DNA of 63,987 nucleotides, filler included, from Dirinaria sp. TL-2023a (Eukaryota): assembly GCA_051941275.1 (NCBI GenBank). It is 15 parts of 15 records of this genome, joined end to end, with 100 filler letters (N's around TTAATTAATTAA, not from the genome) between each part and the next. Parts side by side here need not be neighbours in the genome. Positions count along the whole stretch, not along the records: positions 25,904 to 30,106 come from JAVEBF010001889.1; positions 30,207 to 34,396 come from JAVEBF010001890.1; positions 34,497 to 38,684 come from JAVEBF010001891.1; 12 more parts are not named here. The stretch is one strand, 5' to 3'. Positions 26,023-37,745 of the stretch are shown here, piece by piece. Numbering within the stretch: the stretch's first letter is position 1; every line of letters starts with the position of its first letter. Both the position numbers and the translations under genes were made by a program. Below the pieces are notes generated by a model. It was given only the letters and a program-made list of their open reading frames with translations. It did no database searches and was not told the origin of the DNA.

Positions 26023-29000
26023 TCAGTCCCCAAGATCCAATCCCCTCATGTCCTCTTCCGCGCTCAATATGCCCATGGCCCAGTATACCCGTGTGCCGGG
26101 ATTCACATGGACGAACCTGCGATCATTGTTGTCCTTGGGCGGGCCCTGATTGGGGTCCCTGCTCCTGCCGGCCACGCGGTCGTCCTTAGCCGTCTTGTTC
26201 ATGGTCCGCTCGTACGGCGGGCCTTTGCCGTCTTCGTACGCCTTCATCCACGCTCTTTCACAGCCGCTGGCGATCAAGGCTGACGTCTGCCATCCGGTCA
26301 GGCGGGCGACGTCCCGTAGTTTGGTGATGGTCCAGCCCCGCTGGGCTGCGTCGCGGTACTGGACGCCAGCGTGGAAGAGGCCCATGCATGCATCCATGAG
26401 GGCAGCCCCGTGGGCAGGGTGCAGCGGGACGCTGGTGGAGGTGGGCTGCAAGCCGCCGTTGATCCGGCCAATGGTGTTGGCCCATTGAGCGGTGCGTTGG
26501 GCGGCGATGCCTGCAGCAGCCATGGCTGCAGGTGGCATAGATGGGTGGACACGCAAAGATATGATACGGCCACAATAGTAGAGTGTCCAGATGTTGGCAA
26601 TGCCGTGTGTGCGGTAATATAGGGCGGGGCCGAAGGGGGTGGATAAGGGAGGCATATGCTCTGGGGAGAGCGCGGCGAATGGGGGACCGAGAGATTCCTC
26701 GAACAAGTCGAGCGCGCGAGATATTTCAAGCCATTCGGACTCAGCAGTATAAGTAAGACTTTGAAGATCATCGTCCGCAACCGATGTATGGTTGTTGCTT
26801 GGGATGGGATTGAACTGGCCGTCTGGAGGCATCCGGTAAAAGCTTGACGGCTGCACTGGAGGCGTGCTCTGATTGAGGCAATTGGCTGCAGCTTATGAGC
26901 TCGGAAAATCTGTGCGCGAGATCGCGGATCTTACCGGGCAATTGAGACTTCTTTGCAAAAACTTTTCGCTTTCTGGGTGAGTCTTTGCCAGCAAAATCAG
27001 CGATCCGAGCCATGAGTAGTATCAGATGATCCATCGTTCCATAGACGGCATCAAGTCGGCTGAAGGGCGCTCGAGGAGGGCAGTGGCTCCAACGTTCGTA
27101 AGGTAGCCTAGGACCTCATCAGCAAAATTCCCCAGACAAAGCTTTACTGACAACCTACAGTAGGCGATTGCCACTAATGATACTCTGGTACATATCTTGC
27201 TTCGCATACCACCAGAAGAGATCGCAGTGGGCTTCATAATCTTCTATTTCCTTCTGAGACACCGGTTTTATCGATGGCGGAATTGGTACCCCGTCCCCTT
27301 CGATGATCTGCCCGTACTCGTTGTATCGAGTCTTCCAGCCCATGAAGATGCTAATGAGGTTCTCGTCCGGCGCCTGATCGTTTTCCGGGTAATCCCAATG
27401 CCGCTGCTGCTGTTGTACATAAGATTGTCCGAACCCATTGGTATATCCATTGAATTGGCGCTTATCTTTACTGGCTTGTGATGCTCGTTTCCAAGCATTG
27501 ATGCGGTTTGTCGTCCCACTAAAATCTATCTCCATGATCAATTGTTTCGCACCAGCCAGGTGACTGTTCCATTTGTTGTGCTCGGCGGTCGTGACTTCAT
27601 AAAATCCAAGCAGCAGCGTAGCGGCCAGAGTCGCAATGTTGTTTCTTTTGGCGGGATTGCTCAAAGACTTTGCCACTTTACGAAGGGCAAAATGATAATG
27701 CTTGAGGGACGGGGTGGGTGAAGCCTTCTGGAGCTTTGCAATATGTAAGCTAGCCAAAGCTAGCATAGCATGAAGCAATCCTTGATGGTGCAGGGCCAAC
27801 ATCGGCATCGTATACGTCCAAAGCCCTCGCTGGGACTTCGGGACGGGATGACCGGAGAACATGGCGGCGGAATTGAGAATGTGCCGCTCCGAGGCGGAAA
27901 TGGTAGGGGCAGTCGCTGTGATAAAATGACAGAAAATCAAGGCCGTTTGGGAATCCCGGAGAGGAGACGCTGCGTACATAGGCCGATACGACGCAAGCAC
28001 ATTTGGTTCCCCCAAAAAATTCGTAAGCGATCTGAAGCTCTTGCCATGCTGATTTGCAGACATGGCTATCATCAATTCTAAATCAGCAGGAGCAGTCTCC
28101 GCACTATTTTGAGCAACCGCTGTCATTTCCTCGTCTGAGCTAACATCCCAGTAGTCGTCTTCGGGCTCCTCCTCATGAGCAAGTTTCTGCTGAGCGTCCA
28201 GCGAAGCGGGCAATGACCCTAAGTTCTGTGTATTCGCGGTAAATTGCGTATATAGATTGGGACTGCTAAGTACGTCAAAGGTAGAAATGCCTGTAGGGCA
28301 GAGCATCAGCACACTTAGATATTGACAAATATCAATGGCATCTGACCACTTACCGGCAATATCCCGCACGTCCCTGTGAACATCCTGATGGGAGGTAGGA
28401 CTGACGTTATGTGGCTGTGCTGGACTAGTACCTTGATCATAGTGGTAAGTGCTGTTTTGGGGCGGAATTGGTTCCCACTGCGCACGCTGGTAGTCTTCAT
28501 GGCTCTGACTTAGCCAGTGCTCGGGAAACTGTTGATGGGAATATGGTGGAAAGAGTGCTTGTGGCAGCGATCCGAGACGCTTGCGTGGAGAAGGGTCGTT
28601 ACCCGTAAGGCTGACTCCAGGTTGTGCTTGATCAAGTTGTGGTACTTGGGGTGGAGCCGCAGACGAGATTGGGCTATGGGACCATTCAGAAGGGTATCCT
28701 GGATGGCCCATGTCACGGCCATTGCCGCTTTCTGGAACGGTAATGGCTGGCTCATTCGGGTGATGCAAGGATTGAAAATGATTCTGGCTAGGCCTTTCCT
28801 CATCTGCGGTGGTTTGATTATGGCTGTAGTGGAGTTCTCGCTGGCCGGTCTGTGGTTGACGCATTCTAGGAGGTAGGTCACTCTCGGCAAAAGCTTGACC
28901 ATCAAAAGTATATCCAAAGAGGCTATACTGGTCGGCGAGTGTCCCAACCGCATCTATAGCAGAGGAGGGAAAGGTTCCATTTTGGAGTATGGGAGGAGAA

Positions 29001-29558
29001 GGACGGGGCGCTATAGGCGGAAGTACAACTTGGCTGGCTGGACCAACCTGTATGCGACCAGAAGGCCCTCCCAGTCCACCATGAGAGGATAGGTTCTGAT
29101 AATGAACGCCATTTCCATGCGCCGCCCCTATGTCAGGCCGATAAGCACCCAAGGGATCTTTGAAAATGACTCGGGGCGTGTAGCCCTCACAGTTCCTTTT
29201 GGACTTGACACAATTGCTGCATATGGGTCGCTCTTCGCCGCATTTGATCCGACGTTTCCGGCACGCTGTGATCCATATGAGACTTATTTCCCTTTCAAGC
29301 TCTAGGTCTTGGGGGCTTACTGAGACACCCAGTCTTGGTTCTCTTCCTGGTCTTTGCTGAAGATGGCTCTTTCCCCGGACCAAGCGGATCAGCTGGGTCG
29401 ACTTTATCTTTAGAGGATCCGTTCTTCTGCGTTTTGGAGCCAGTTCCTTTTTCTTCTAGAGCTTTTACGCCGGTCTCGTCTGGTGCCCCTTTGGTCTCGG
29501 AAGCCCTCCTGTTTGGACGAATGCCCTCAACCTGGACGGCCATGATAGGATTCTCCAT
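26023..29558 (-). CDS. Zn(II)2Cys6 transcription factor with C-terminal fungal-specific TF domain
   Basis: KRTKTGCL|TCRKRRIKCGEERPICSNCVKSKRNCEGY across intron 29320-29266. Later LLHAMLALASLH..ATLLLGFYE..WNSHLAGA. Further introns near 28350-28293, 27160-27100 and 26935-26870 (approximate). Confidence 0.9.
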
Positions 29559-30206
29559 TGCACCACGGTCCTGAGAAGCTTTGCGCGACAGGGAATTAAG
29601 GCTTGCCAAACGTAAAGGGATCCTCGGAGTACGACTAGTCTCCACTTCGCATTCACCAAGTATCCATCACTTCCACGCAGAAAGAACGAGCAGGCATTCG
29701 TTGCCTCAACCAGAACGCAACAGCAGCTGTAGTTGGGAAAGGTGGGCTGGTTTCTTTTTACCTGGGTCAGAAGTATCTAAATGCTTTGGACGTTCACTAG
29801 GCACTGATTCCTTGCACAACCGGTGCGCAGTGGTGTAGAGGGACGTGTTTCCGGGAAGCTGCCGAGTAAAGAGATATTTTCGAGGTTCTAGAACAGGAGA
29901 ATAGCAATTGGGACAGAGGACGAGAATATCAATGAGGTGGAAGACAAAATCCTTGAGACGCTAGGGCAGGATTGGGGTCGAAAACATAGCACTGATAATG
30001 GCCCTAAGGTACTATCTGACGTGTGGATGGGGGTGAAAGATACAGCATTTCGCGCCCAATCTCGCCACTCTTGGGGGGAGGGGGAGGGGGATCTCCTGAG
30101 CGTGAGNNNNNNNNNNNNNNNNNNNNNNNNNNNNNNNNNNNNNNNNNNNNTTAATTAATTAANNNNNNNNNNNNNNNNNNNNNNNNNNNNNNNNNNNNNN
30201 NNNNNN

Positions 30207-30620
30207 ACCGTTGTTGGACTTTGTGGAAGCCTTGTAGAAGGGGGACGGGGACGAAGATGACGATTGCTTTCTTGCCATGGCCGACTTCGAGCTGTGAGAC
30301 GTTCGGTTAGTTCTGATTTATTTCTTTTGCTTCTACAGAATGCTCAGGTTCTTGGTAGGGTGGCTGCCATGTTAAGAAAGAGACACGGCCCTCGCTGCAG
30401 TGCGTGGTTGAAAGGAAGTCTTATAGGTTGCATTATGTGAAAAGTCCGTGGAAGTTGCGCTTACCTCGCGGGCAGAAACGAATTGCAGAGGTCGAAGGGC
30501 ACTCTTCATGTCTCCGATGTTCGTCTCGAGATCGTAGAGGGCACTGGCGATGCTTGACTCGAGCTCCGAAGGTTTATGCCTCGAAGGGCTATTGGGCGCA
30601 ATCTTGTTTATCGCGGCCAT
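30207..30620 (-). CDS. RPS7: 40S ribosomal protein S7 (eS7), 3'-truncated by contig end
   Basis: [48 protein letters not shown]; intron 30464-30292 (GTAAGC..CTAAC..CAG). Confidence 0.95.
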
Positions 30621-31123
30621 GATTGCGGTGGTATGGTTGGTGAAGATGGGAGTTGTCGCGGTGAGCTTCAGTACATTTGAGGTGAAATTCGAGGTTTCGG
30701 ATCTCGAACTTGTGGGAGGCGCTTATGTAAGCAGACGAGCCCTAAGCGCTAGCTGCTTCCAGCTCGCTTGACGATGGGAAAGTGAGCAGGCAGGCTGGTT
30801 TCATATTTGATCGCCTTCTTGCGAATCTTTGATCAGTCTATGTTGCGTCATGTATTGCAGAGCTAGCGATACTTTCCGATCGTGTCTTTTTCTCATCTTC
30901 TACGATCTTTTGGATCGATATTAGAGAATGTTATTCCCTGCGTAGCTCGCAGGATCACTACAGGCCTCGCCTGCTATTGATTGAGTGGTTTGCAGCTGCT
31001 TTAAGTACACTCTTATTCTATTGCTACGAAGATGTAGGGATCTAATATCGTTCAATGTTCACTCGTAAATGGCTAGCCTACGCCGTTACAGTATTCCTAT
31101 GTTTGAGAATTTTGTTCCTCCTT

Positions 31124-32278
31124 CTAACCTGTGGTAAGCGGCGCAATACGATCAAGATTCCCGGGCCTTTCCAGCAAAGGATGTGCGTCGATATGTTTAG
31201 AATGCATGCTTGCCACTTCCGGCACGATCAGAGACTCAATCTCGATCACGGGCTCACCTGCACCTTCGATTTCGCTCACTTGCGACTCAGCTACAAGTGT
31301 AGCATTCGTAGGCCGCTGGGTGGAAGGATTTGCGTCGGAGATGCTCTTGACCCTTCTGTGCAAAGGCACCCTGATCCAATACTCCTTCCTCCCAGGGGCA
31401 ACAAAAACCACCTCCCACTTTCTTGTTGATAGCAGGTTGCCTATTACCAAGTGATGCGAATATTTTGCGAGCGCACTCTGTGATTTCGAAACGAGGATTG
31501 AGGGATCGGTCTCAAGCTTGAAGCTGACTATCATGCCTTGCGGCGCCCAGCCTTCAACCAGCTTTTTTAGAAATTTGGGCACCGGGTCTAGGTCGATCAA
31601 CAGTCTTCGCGGTGGGGCCGAGGCAAGTTCCGATCGCAAGTAATCATCTTTTTGGGCGTCATTTTGTCCTGACGACTGGATTTTGTGCTCTGACATCCGA
31701 TCGATAGGGATGAAGAAGTCCGAGACTGCCGCAGCTAGATAGAATAAGGCAGATGGTCCTAGAGGCCTCATCAACGTGGCAATCTCCTTGAGACCCCATA
31801 GATATTCTGAGACGGAGACAAATGACAAGGTCAAGAGGGTATTGTCGCTCTTGGCGGCGTTGTACTTCCTGGAGACTTCCCTCATGTGTTCTTGATGTTC
31901 CTGCTTTGCAACGACTTGGCCATCCTTGTTCTCCTCTAGATAGTCGAGGAAGCAATTCGTCGTATGGCTGTAATGCCGCGAATACGGGAGGAGGGAAAAT
32001 TGGCGATGAAGAAAGATAACAGCATATCCATTCTCGAGAAAGTACTCGGCAGACGTCGCACCTCGAGTACCAGCCGAGAAATTATCGATAAATCGCACTG
32101 TCTGGTTTTCTAATGGAACAGTAGTACCGCCGGAGGTGATAAGCACTACTCGACGTTTCATTTCGACATGCTCTTGAATAAAGGCCTTAGCCAATTGAAC
32201 ATAATTCTGTAGATTCTTGGGCGGTGGATTGTTTTCGAAGTAATTGACTCTACCTGGCCCATCTTCATCTGAGACCAT
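31124..32278 (-). CDS. CAB2: Phosphopantothenate-cysteine ligase (CoA biosynthesis)
   Basis: Motifs VLITSGGTTVPLE..VRFIDNFSAGTRGATSAEYF, FYLAAAVSDFF, SEHKIQS, VSFKLETD and VIGNLL. The likely ATG is at 32278. Confidence 0.95.
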   Translation of the reverse strand: MVSDEDGPGRVNYFENNPPPKNLQNYVQLAKAFIQEHVEMKRRVVLITSGGTTVPLENQTVRFIDNFSAGTRGATSAEYFLENGYAVIFLHRQFSLLPYSRHYSHTTNCFLDYLEENKDGQVVAKQEHQEHMREVSRKYNAAKSDNTLLTLSFVSVSEYLWGLKEIATLMRPLGPSALFYLAAAVSDFFIPIDRMSEHKIQSSGQNDAQKDDYLRSELASAPPRRLLIDLDPVPKFLKKLVEGWAPQGMIVSFKLETDPSILVSKSQSALAKYSHHLVIGNLLSTRKWEVVFVAPGRKEYWIRVPLHRRVKSISDANPSTQRPTNATLVAESQVSEIEGAGEPVIEIESLIVPEVASMHSKHIDAHPLLERPGNLDRIAPLTTG

Positions 32279-32485
32279 GGTAGCCAGCCAACTGTACGCC
32301 TGCTCTGTAAAGGTACTCACGTATTCTCGGAACGATTTAGTATATGTTTCGTCCTGGAAAATTGTATTCACAATCTTCCACAGCTCTACACTTAATTCAG
32401 GGAAAGAAGTAGTGTCGAAGTGTTTATTTAACTCGATTTTAGCAATGTAATATATAGAGGTGTAGGGATGTGAAGAAAACCAAAC

Positions 32486-32494
32486 AAAAAAAAA
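32486..32494 (-). terminator. Pol III oligo-T terminator of the tRNA-Arg gene
   Basis: T9 run on the minus strand immediately after the discriminator base. Confidence 0.8.
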
Positions 32495-32625
32495 CACTCT
32501 CGGTGGGGCTCGAACCCACAACCCCCAGATGCCGTTAATAGAAGTCTGATGCGCTGCCCTGTAAAATGGTTAATCGAATTTTTTTTTAAAGATTTAAGGA
32601 CAAACGAACATTGCGCCACGAGAGC
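32495..32625 (-). tRNA. tRNA-Arg(UCU) with two intervening sequences: a 51-nt GT-AG intron in the D-loop and an 8-nt canonical intron after position 37
   Basis: Exons 32625-32610, 32558-32539 and 32530-32495 join to GCTCTCGTGGCGCAATGGCAGCGCATCAGACTTCTAATCTGGGGGTTGTGGGTTCGAGCCCCACCGAGAGTG (72 nt). Stems: acceptor GCTCTCG/CGAGAGT, D GCGC/GCGC, anticodon TCAGA/TCTGG around TCT, T-arm GTGGG-TTCGAGC-CCCAC. The discriminator is G. Confidence 0.93.
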
Positions 32626-32643
32626 TGGATCTATGATCTGCGC

Positions 32644-32659
32644 TTAATTAAATAATATA
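32644..32659 (-). promoter_or_regulatory. Upstream TATA-like element of the tRNA gene
   Basis: TATATTATTTAATTAA lies about -34 to -19 from the mature 5' end, where TFIIIB is expected to bind. Confidence 0.5.
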
Positions 32660-35298
32660 CTTTAATTTGTATATTTTTTTCAAAATATACAACAAACATT
32701 CCACTCTGCCTCGGTGTACCTTAAAGTACTGCCGGTAAACGCTAACCTGTGTGCGGGCCGGAAGCCTCAAACCATGAAGTCTTAGTCAGCAACCACTGGA
32801 GAATTTCCGAGCTTCTCTCCCTGAGAATGTGTGATTGAAGCATAATGATACATCATACTTATGATATTCAACATCGAAAGGTCTCACAGATAAAAGGTAT
32901 GGCGGAGTCGATGGATGGTTGAGGCAATGTAGGGGAGGACTGGATTATTCAGATGACTGCTGCTGCTTAAGCGGAACGATGCAATGTAAAGGAGACAGAC
33001 TGCAAGCTCGATACTCTGCGCGATTAACATTGGCTCTCCCAGTATCTTTTGGAAACCCATTTGGAGTCCTGCGAAAGGTACTAGAAGACGATCATTAATT
33101 TTTTGAAGGCTACGGGGATTCAATCTCAGCGATTCTTCAGATACAGTACACATACAGTGTCTCGAATTTTCATCACGAAGTTCAAGCACGGAGATCGATG
33201 TGCTTCCAGAAGAGTCAATAGAGATATAACTGTATTTGAAAGACTTTAGATTGGAAACACGTCTATCAGAGAAATTGGCATATCATCTTTGTGTTTTGCT
33301 AAGAGTAAGCCCGTCGCTAAAAGCTTTTAGGGAGACGGTAAATGTTGTGGTCAGGAATCATCTCGTCTGGTTAGTGCGTGTTGAATTTTCCCTGGAAGCT
33401 TTCACTCGGATACTATACTGCCTCGGCCTACAAGCCCGGCATTGTCATCCAGAATGGTGATCTCGGTCTCGAACTACCCTCGAAGACCATCATCCACCGA
33501 GTCAAATTGTATTCATCAGGTGATCGACTGATCGCGACCCTTTTTGGACGAGACAATAGTGTTCGACAGTATGGGTCCGTCACCTTGTGCGGTGCTAACC
33601 GCTTGAACGGTGCGGTATTGTGCTTGGGCGACCAATTCGAGCAGTGTCTGAAAGTGTATTAGAGACCCCTATGTTAGAAATGTATGGTTTCAGGTAACTC
33701 ACAATTGGTACTGATTTGCTCCGGCCCCCACGGATCTCGTCCGCGCAGATATGGATGCTCTACCTCGCCGTGAGAAAACTGGGCTGGAATATGCGAGTGT
33801 CAAAGTTATCGGATATAAGGAAGGAAATGAGACCCCCGTCATGTATGCTCGTGGGCATGATATGCACACACGGAGCCTTATGGCAGCCCAGGATCTGCTT
33901 CAGGCCGCAAGAAGAAACACGGATGATATGAGCAATTCGGCTTCCAACATCATGTAATAATGTCATGCTAGCCGTATTTTCATATCTTTTTAAGCAGAGC
34001 CACACAGGTCGCCGGCATACTTCTATATTCGATGATTGGGAGCTCCTCTCACGTTTATCTCAAGTATCTGCTCATGCCTGGTTTCGTACCAAAAAGCCGT
34101 GCTGCTCCACTCTACTACATCTGAACACTTTTACAGCTTCATATCCCACCAATTTCGTTTGATAAATGAACTATATCCAATCTTCTTCTTCACGGGCTCA
34201 CACTCTTCACCTTCACATTCGTAAGAGACGTCTCCTAAATCGTATCTCTTGCTTACGCCCCCAAAAAGCCCGCGAAATTTATCAGCGGACGCTTCTATTC
34301 CATCATCCACCTCCCCCTCCCAAAAAAAAACTAACAAAATTCCGAGGTTTTATTCTTCTCTACATGGCACGGACGTTGGAAGAGATATCAGAACCTNNNN
34401 NNNNNNNNNNNNNNNNNNNNNNNNNNNNNNNNNNNNNNNNTTAATTAATTAANNNNNNNNNNNNNNNNNNNNNNNNNNNNNNNNNNNNNNNNNNNNCACT
34501 TGGGTCGGGGGACGTCGCATTGCACAAAACGTGCGAATCAAGATCGAGGGGTAGATACATGTAATCAAGGTTGATGACTATCAATCATGCTGCCTTGCGA
34601 CTTGGTGCGGAAGGGATGATCCCTAAACAGGATCCTACGAATATTCGTGGAGGCGCTTGCCAAGGATGACCTCCCGCGTCGGCATGCTTCTTCTAAACTT
34701 GTGCCCCCCAGTTCCATCCTCCAATGTAGTTGTGTAGCTGTGTAGCTGCTTCCACATTTCTGCGTTCCGAGGCTCAGCTTCCTGGGCAAGTATGCGTCAC
34801 GCTCCTTTCGTTGCAGCCTCGTTAGGAAAAAGTCACCGAACCTTTGCTGGATGGAAGATGGAAGATGCCGTGCTCGTCCCCCATTTGCGGTCAGTAGCCC
34901 GGGGCTGAAAAGTACGTTATCTAGGTCATGGATTTGTTGAAACAGGTAGAGAACGCTGTGCCACATGCGTGGTCGTTTAGCAAAGCGCATCTGGCGAGAA
35001 AAGCACAAGACCACAGCCTGCTGCAAGAAAGTATCGACCATTGATGAATAGTAAGTGCCCTGCTTCCCATCAGACTGCATTTCGCTCCAAGTCATCCTGA
35101 GGCTGTACTGACGCTTGAAAGGACAAGGCTCGACGTAATTCTGGACCTGCAGTCTCGGCGTTCAGATCGACAGACTGGGTCCGTGGAATCGGTCCCGTCC
35201 AGTCATAACGGTCTAGGGGCGCTTGATATTGATTGCTCCTTGCTCCAAGAAATTATGAGCGTAGGCATTGTCTGAACTATCAAAAAATTCCGGTAACA

Positions 35299-36207
35299 AT
35301 GGCTCAACGCGCATCCAACAACAATGGCCCTGCTGGCTATAAGAAGCACCGGGTTTCTGCCGCATCCAGAGAGTACCTCGCTATGTCACCTGAACAGCCA
35401 CTGTTCAATCGCAGTACTACTAACGAGATCCCTTACTTTTTTGTCCAAGACGTTGGGCCAAGCTTTGGCGGCGTAGCCCAGCAGACTGGCCACTACACAG
35501 TACCTGCAGCCCATGAGGTCTCATCTTCGACGGCATTCGGTCAACCGCCTTTGGCCGGGACACCTTCGGGCTTTGCTGTACCGAGGGAGTACCCGATAAA
35601 GGGAGAGCCGGGATTCATGACTCCTGTGCTCAAAGATCATTATCCGCAACAGGATCCGAGCGCACATAGCCATTCTGTACAGAGCTTTTCGCCATCGCTG
35701 AGCAATGATTGTACATTCCAGCTCTCTCCCCGATCGGAAGAGAATAGCAACGCTCCGAAAAGAGCGGCGAGTGCACCTGGTGAAGGGAGAAAGAAACCCA
35801 GGAGAAAGATGCACAATGCCATTGAGAAGCGCTATCGTACTCGATTGAACGACAAGATAACGGAGCTACGAGATAGCATACCCAGTCTTCGAACGCGGGG
35901 TTCCGAGAACTCTGGTGGAGAGACTGATCCGAACGCGCAGAAGGTCAACAAAGCCAACATCCTTGAAAAGGCCACCGAGTACGTCAAACACTTGGAAGAG
36001 TGCAACAGACGCCTTCAGATGCAGCTCCACTATGCCTTACATAGACCGAACGGCCGAATTTGGGAGGCTCCAGCATCACAAGCAGCCAAGCTTACTAACC
36101 TGGAAGGCAGTGGCTCGGCACCATCTTTTGACAGAGATCGGTATACGGAGGCTCAGTCTTATAGCGTCCATGACCTCATACCTGACGATACGGCAACAAT
36201 TCTCTGA
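35299..36207 (+). CDS. bHLH-Zip transcription factor, SREBP type
   Basis: RKMHNAIEKRYRTRLNDKITELRDSIPSL..KVNKANILEKATEYVKHLE. The Tyr in the basic region is the SREBP signature. Confidence 0.88.
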   Translation: MAQRASNNNGPAGYKKHRVSAASREYLAMSPEQPLFNRSTTNEIPYFFVQDVGPSFGGVAQQTGHYTVPAAHEVSSSTAFGQPPLAGTPSGFAVPREYPIKGEPGFMTPVLKDHYPQQDPSAHSHSVQSFSPSLSNDCTFQLSPRSEENSNAPKRAASAPGEGRKKPRRKMHNAIEKRYRTRLNDKITELRDSIPSLRTRGSENSGGETDPNAQKVNKANILEKATEYVKHLEECNRRLQMQLHYALHRPNGRIWEAPASQAAKLTNLEGSGSAPSFDRDRYTEAQSYSVHDLIPDDTATIL

Positions 36208-37656
36208 AGTGGGGCAGCATTACCTCGGACGCTCGAAACTGCTTAACAGCGACTCAGCCTCTCTGCCGGACAGCTACGCAGTACCCTCGAGATATATACA
36301 CGGTCACATAACCTATCTTCGGCAGACAGATGCACAGTGCATCTGCGCAAGTCCACAAATCTGGAAGCTAGTGAGCTCCACTTGCTTGCTCATTCTAGCA
36401 TTGGGATATAGAACGAGTCTCCAATCTCCAGTCTCCAGTCCGAATCCTATGCATTTGGACCTGTATCCTGCGAACCTGCTCGCTTAAGGAGACCATCGGT
36501 CTCTCAGCACAAGCAGCGAATCCATCACTTCGACCCTGAGCACCACTTCTTAGCACCTGCAGGGTTCGTTTGACTACCAAACCGTCGAACGGCCTTTCTG
36601 ATGACTTCTTGAACGGGATAAAGAAACCGTAATATTGGCCCATACGGTCTTAGGACGCATTGGCATCGCGTTATGAGCTCCTGTCTCAGTAGCATTGGAG
36701 TTGATCTGCCTTCTGCCAACTATGAGCAGCAGCGAGGTTATGATTAGCAGGGATATGCGCTCTCTCAAGGTTTGGTCGGAGCCGGTGCAAGCTGTGTAGA
36801 GGATCACCTCACCAACGGGGTCAATCAATTCATCTCTATAAACTCCTTAGGGGGCTTTATCATTCCACTGATATGAATGGGATTCGTGAACTCCCTGATC
36901 TGTTTTCGCGGTGTCTAAAAGCGCCCGTTGCCCAAGACGCCACCGTCTCCCACTGGATACACAAAGTTGTCATGCACCACAGCACTGTTCGGAGATATAA
37001 GAGAGGAAAGTGGCTGTCTCAATTCTGGGGCCGGACCACATCATGGCCATGCATGGACCCTCATTAAAGGGTTTGCCAATCCGGAAGCCACGTCTGCGTC
37101 CAAGGCGAGAGATTACCTTGTCCGTATATCAGCATTGAAATCGACGATCCGATATGCTTCCATCTTTTCAGTAGGTAAAGCTGATGAGCACGTCATCACA
37201 CTTATGACATGACATGTAACGTTTTGAGCCTCTTTACGAACGGGTACCCGACTTAGGAGACAATCTCTTTACTTTCTATACATGACCACGCTACAACAGA
37301 AACAAGGCTGAGAGGCTAAGCACCCCTGGGCAGGTTCCACCCAAATTTGGATCGACTGAGTGCTTCGAATCTATCGTATTCGGGGTCGACAGTGGTCACT
37401 TCTGAGCCAGCCTGATTCCTTACCGTCCTACATGAAACCCCTATAGGGAAGTGTAGAGACGTTGAGGATGCCCCACCATCCCACCTTGCGTTACATGTAA
37501 GGTATATTGGCCACAAATTTGAGCGGTATGGAGTGACAGGCTTCCCTTCGTTCGGAACATTTCAGTGGCAAGGAGTCTAACGTTATGATAGCCACAGGTA
37601 CTGGGGAACCTCGGTCGAAGGCAACAGTTCGAAACATGGGGATGGCGACCTGGGCA

Positions 37657-37745
37657 ATAAGGTAAGGTAAGGTACAGTACATTAAGGTACAATAAGGTAA
37701 GGTACGAGTACGCACAGTACTTTTTCCTAAGGTACCTTAAGGTAC
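37657..37745. repeat. TAAGG/GGTAC low-complexity array
   Basis: TAAGGTAAGGTAAGGTAC..TAAGGTAC..TAAGGTAAGGTAC..CCTAAGGTACCTTAAGGTAC. Confidence 0.8.

Noticed and set aside
30292..30464. Possible snoRNA in the longer RPS7 intron
   Set aside because: No convincing C/D (RTGATGA/CTGA pair) or H/ACA architecture is visible by eye. An Infernal/Rfam search would settle it.
32279..32521. N-terminal extension of CAB2 in the 465-aa ORF
   Set aside because: It starts at a non-ATG codon inside the tRNA gene and crosses its terminator. The real start is more likely the ATG at 32278.
32770..33960. Several short plus-strand ORFs that might form a spliced gene
   Set aside because: I could not assemble a consistent exon chain or recognise a family.
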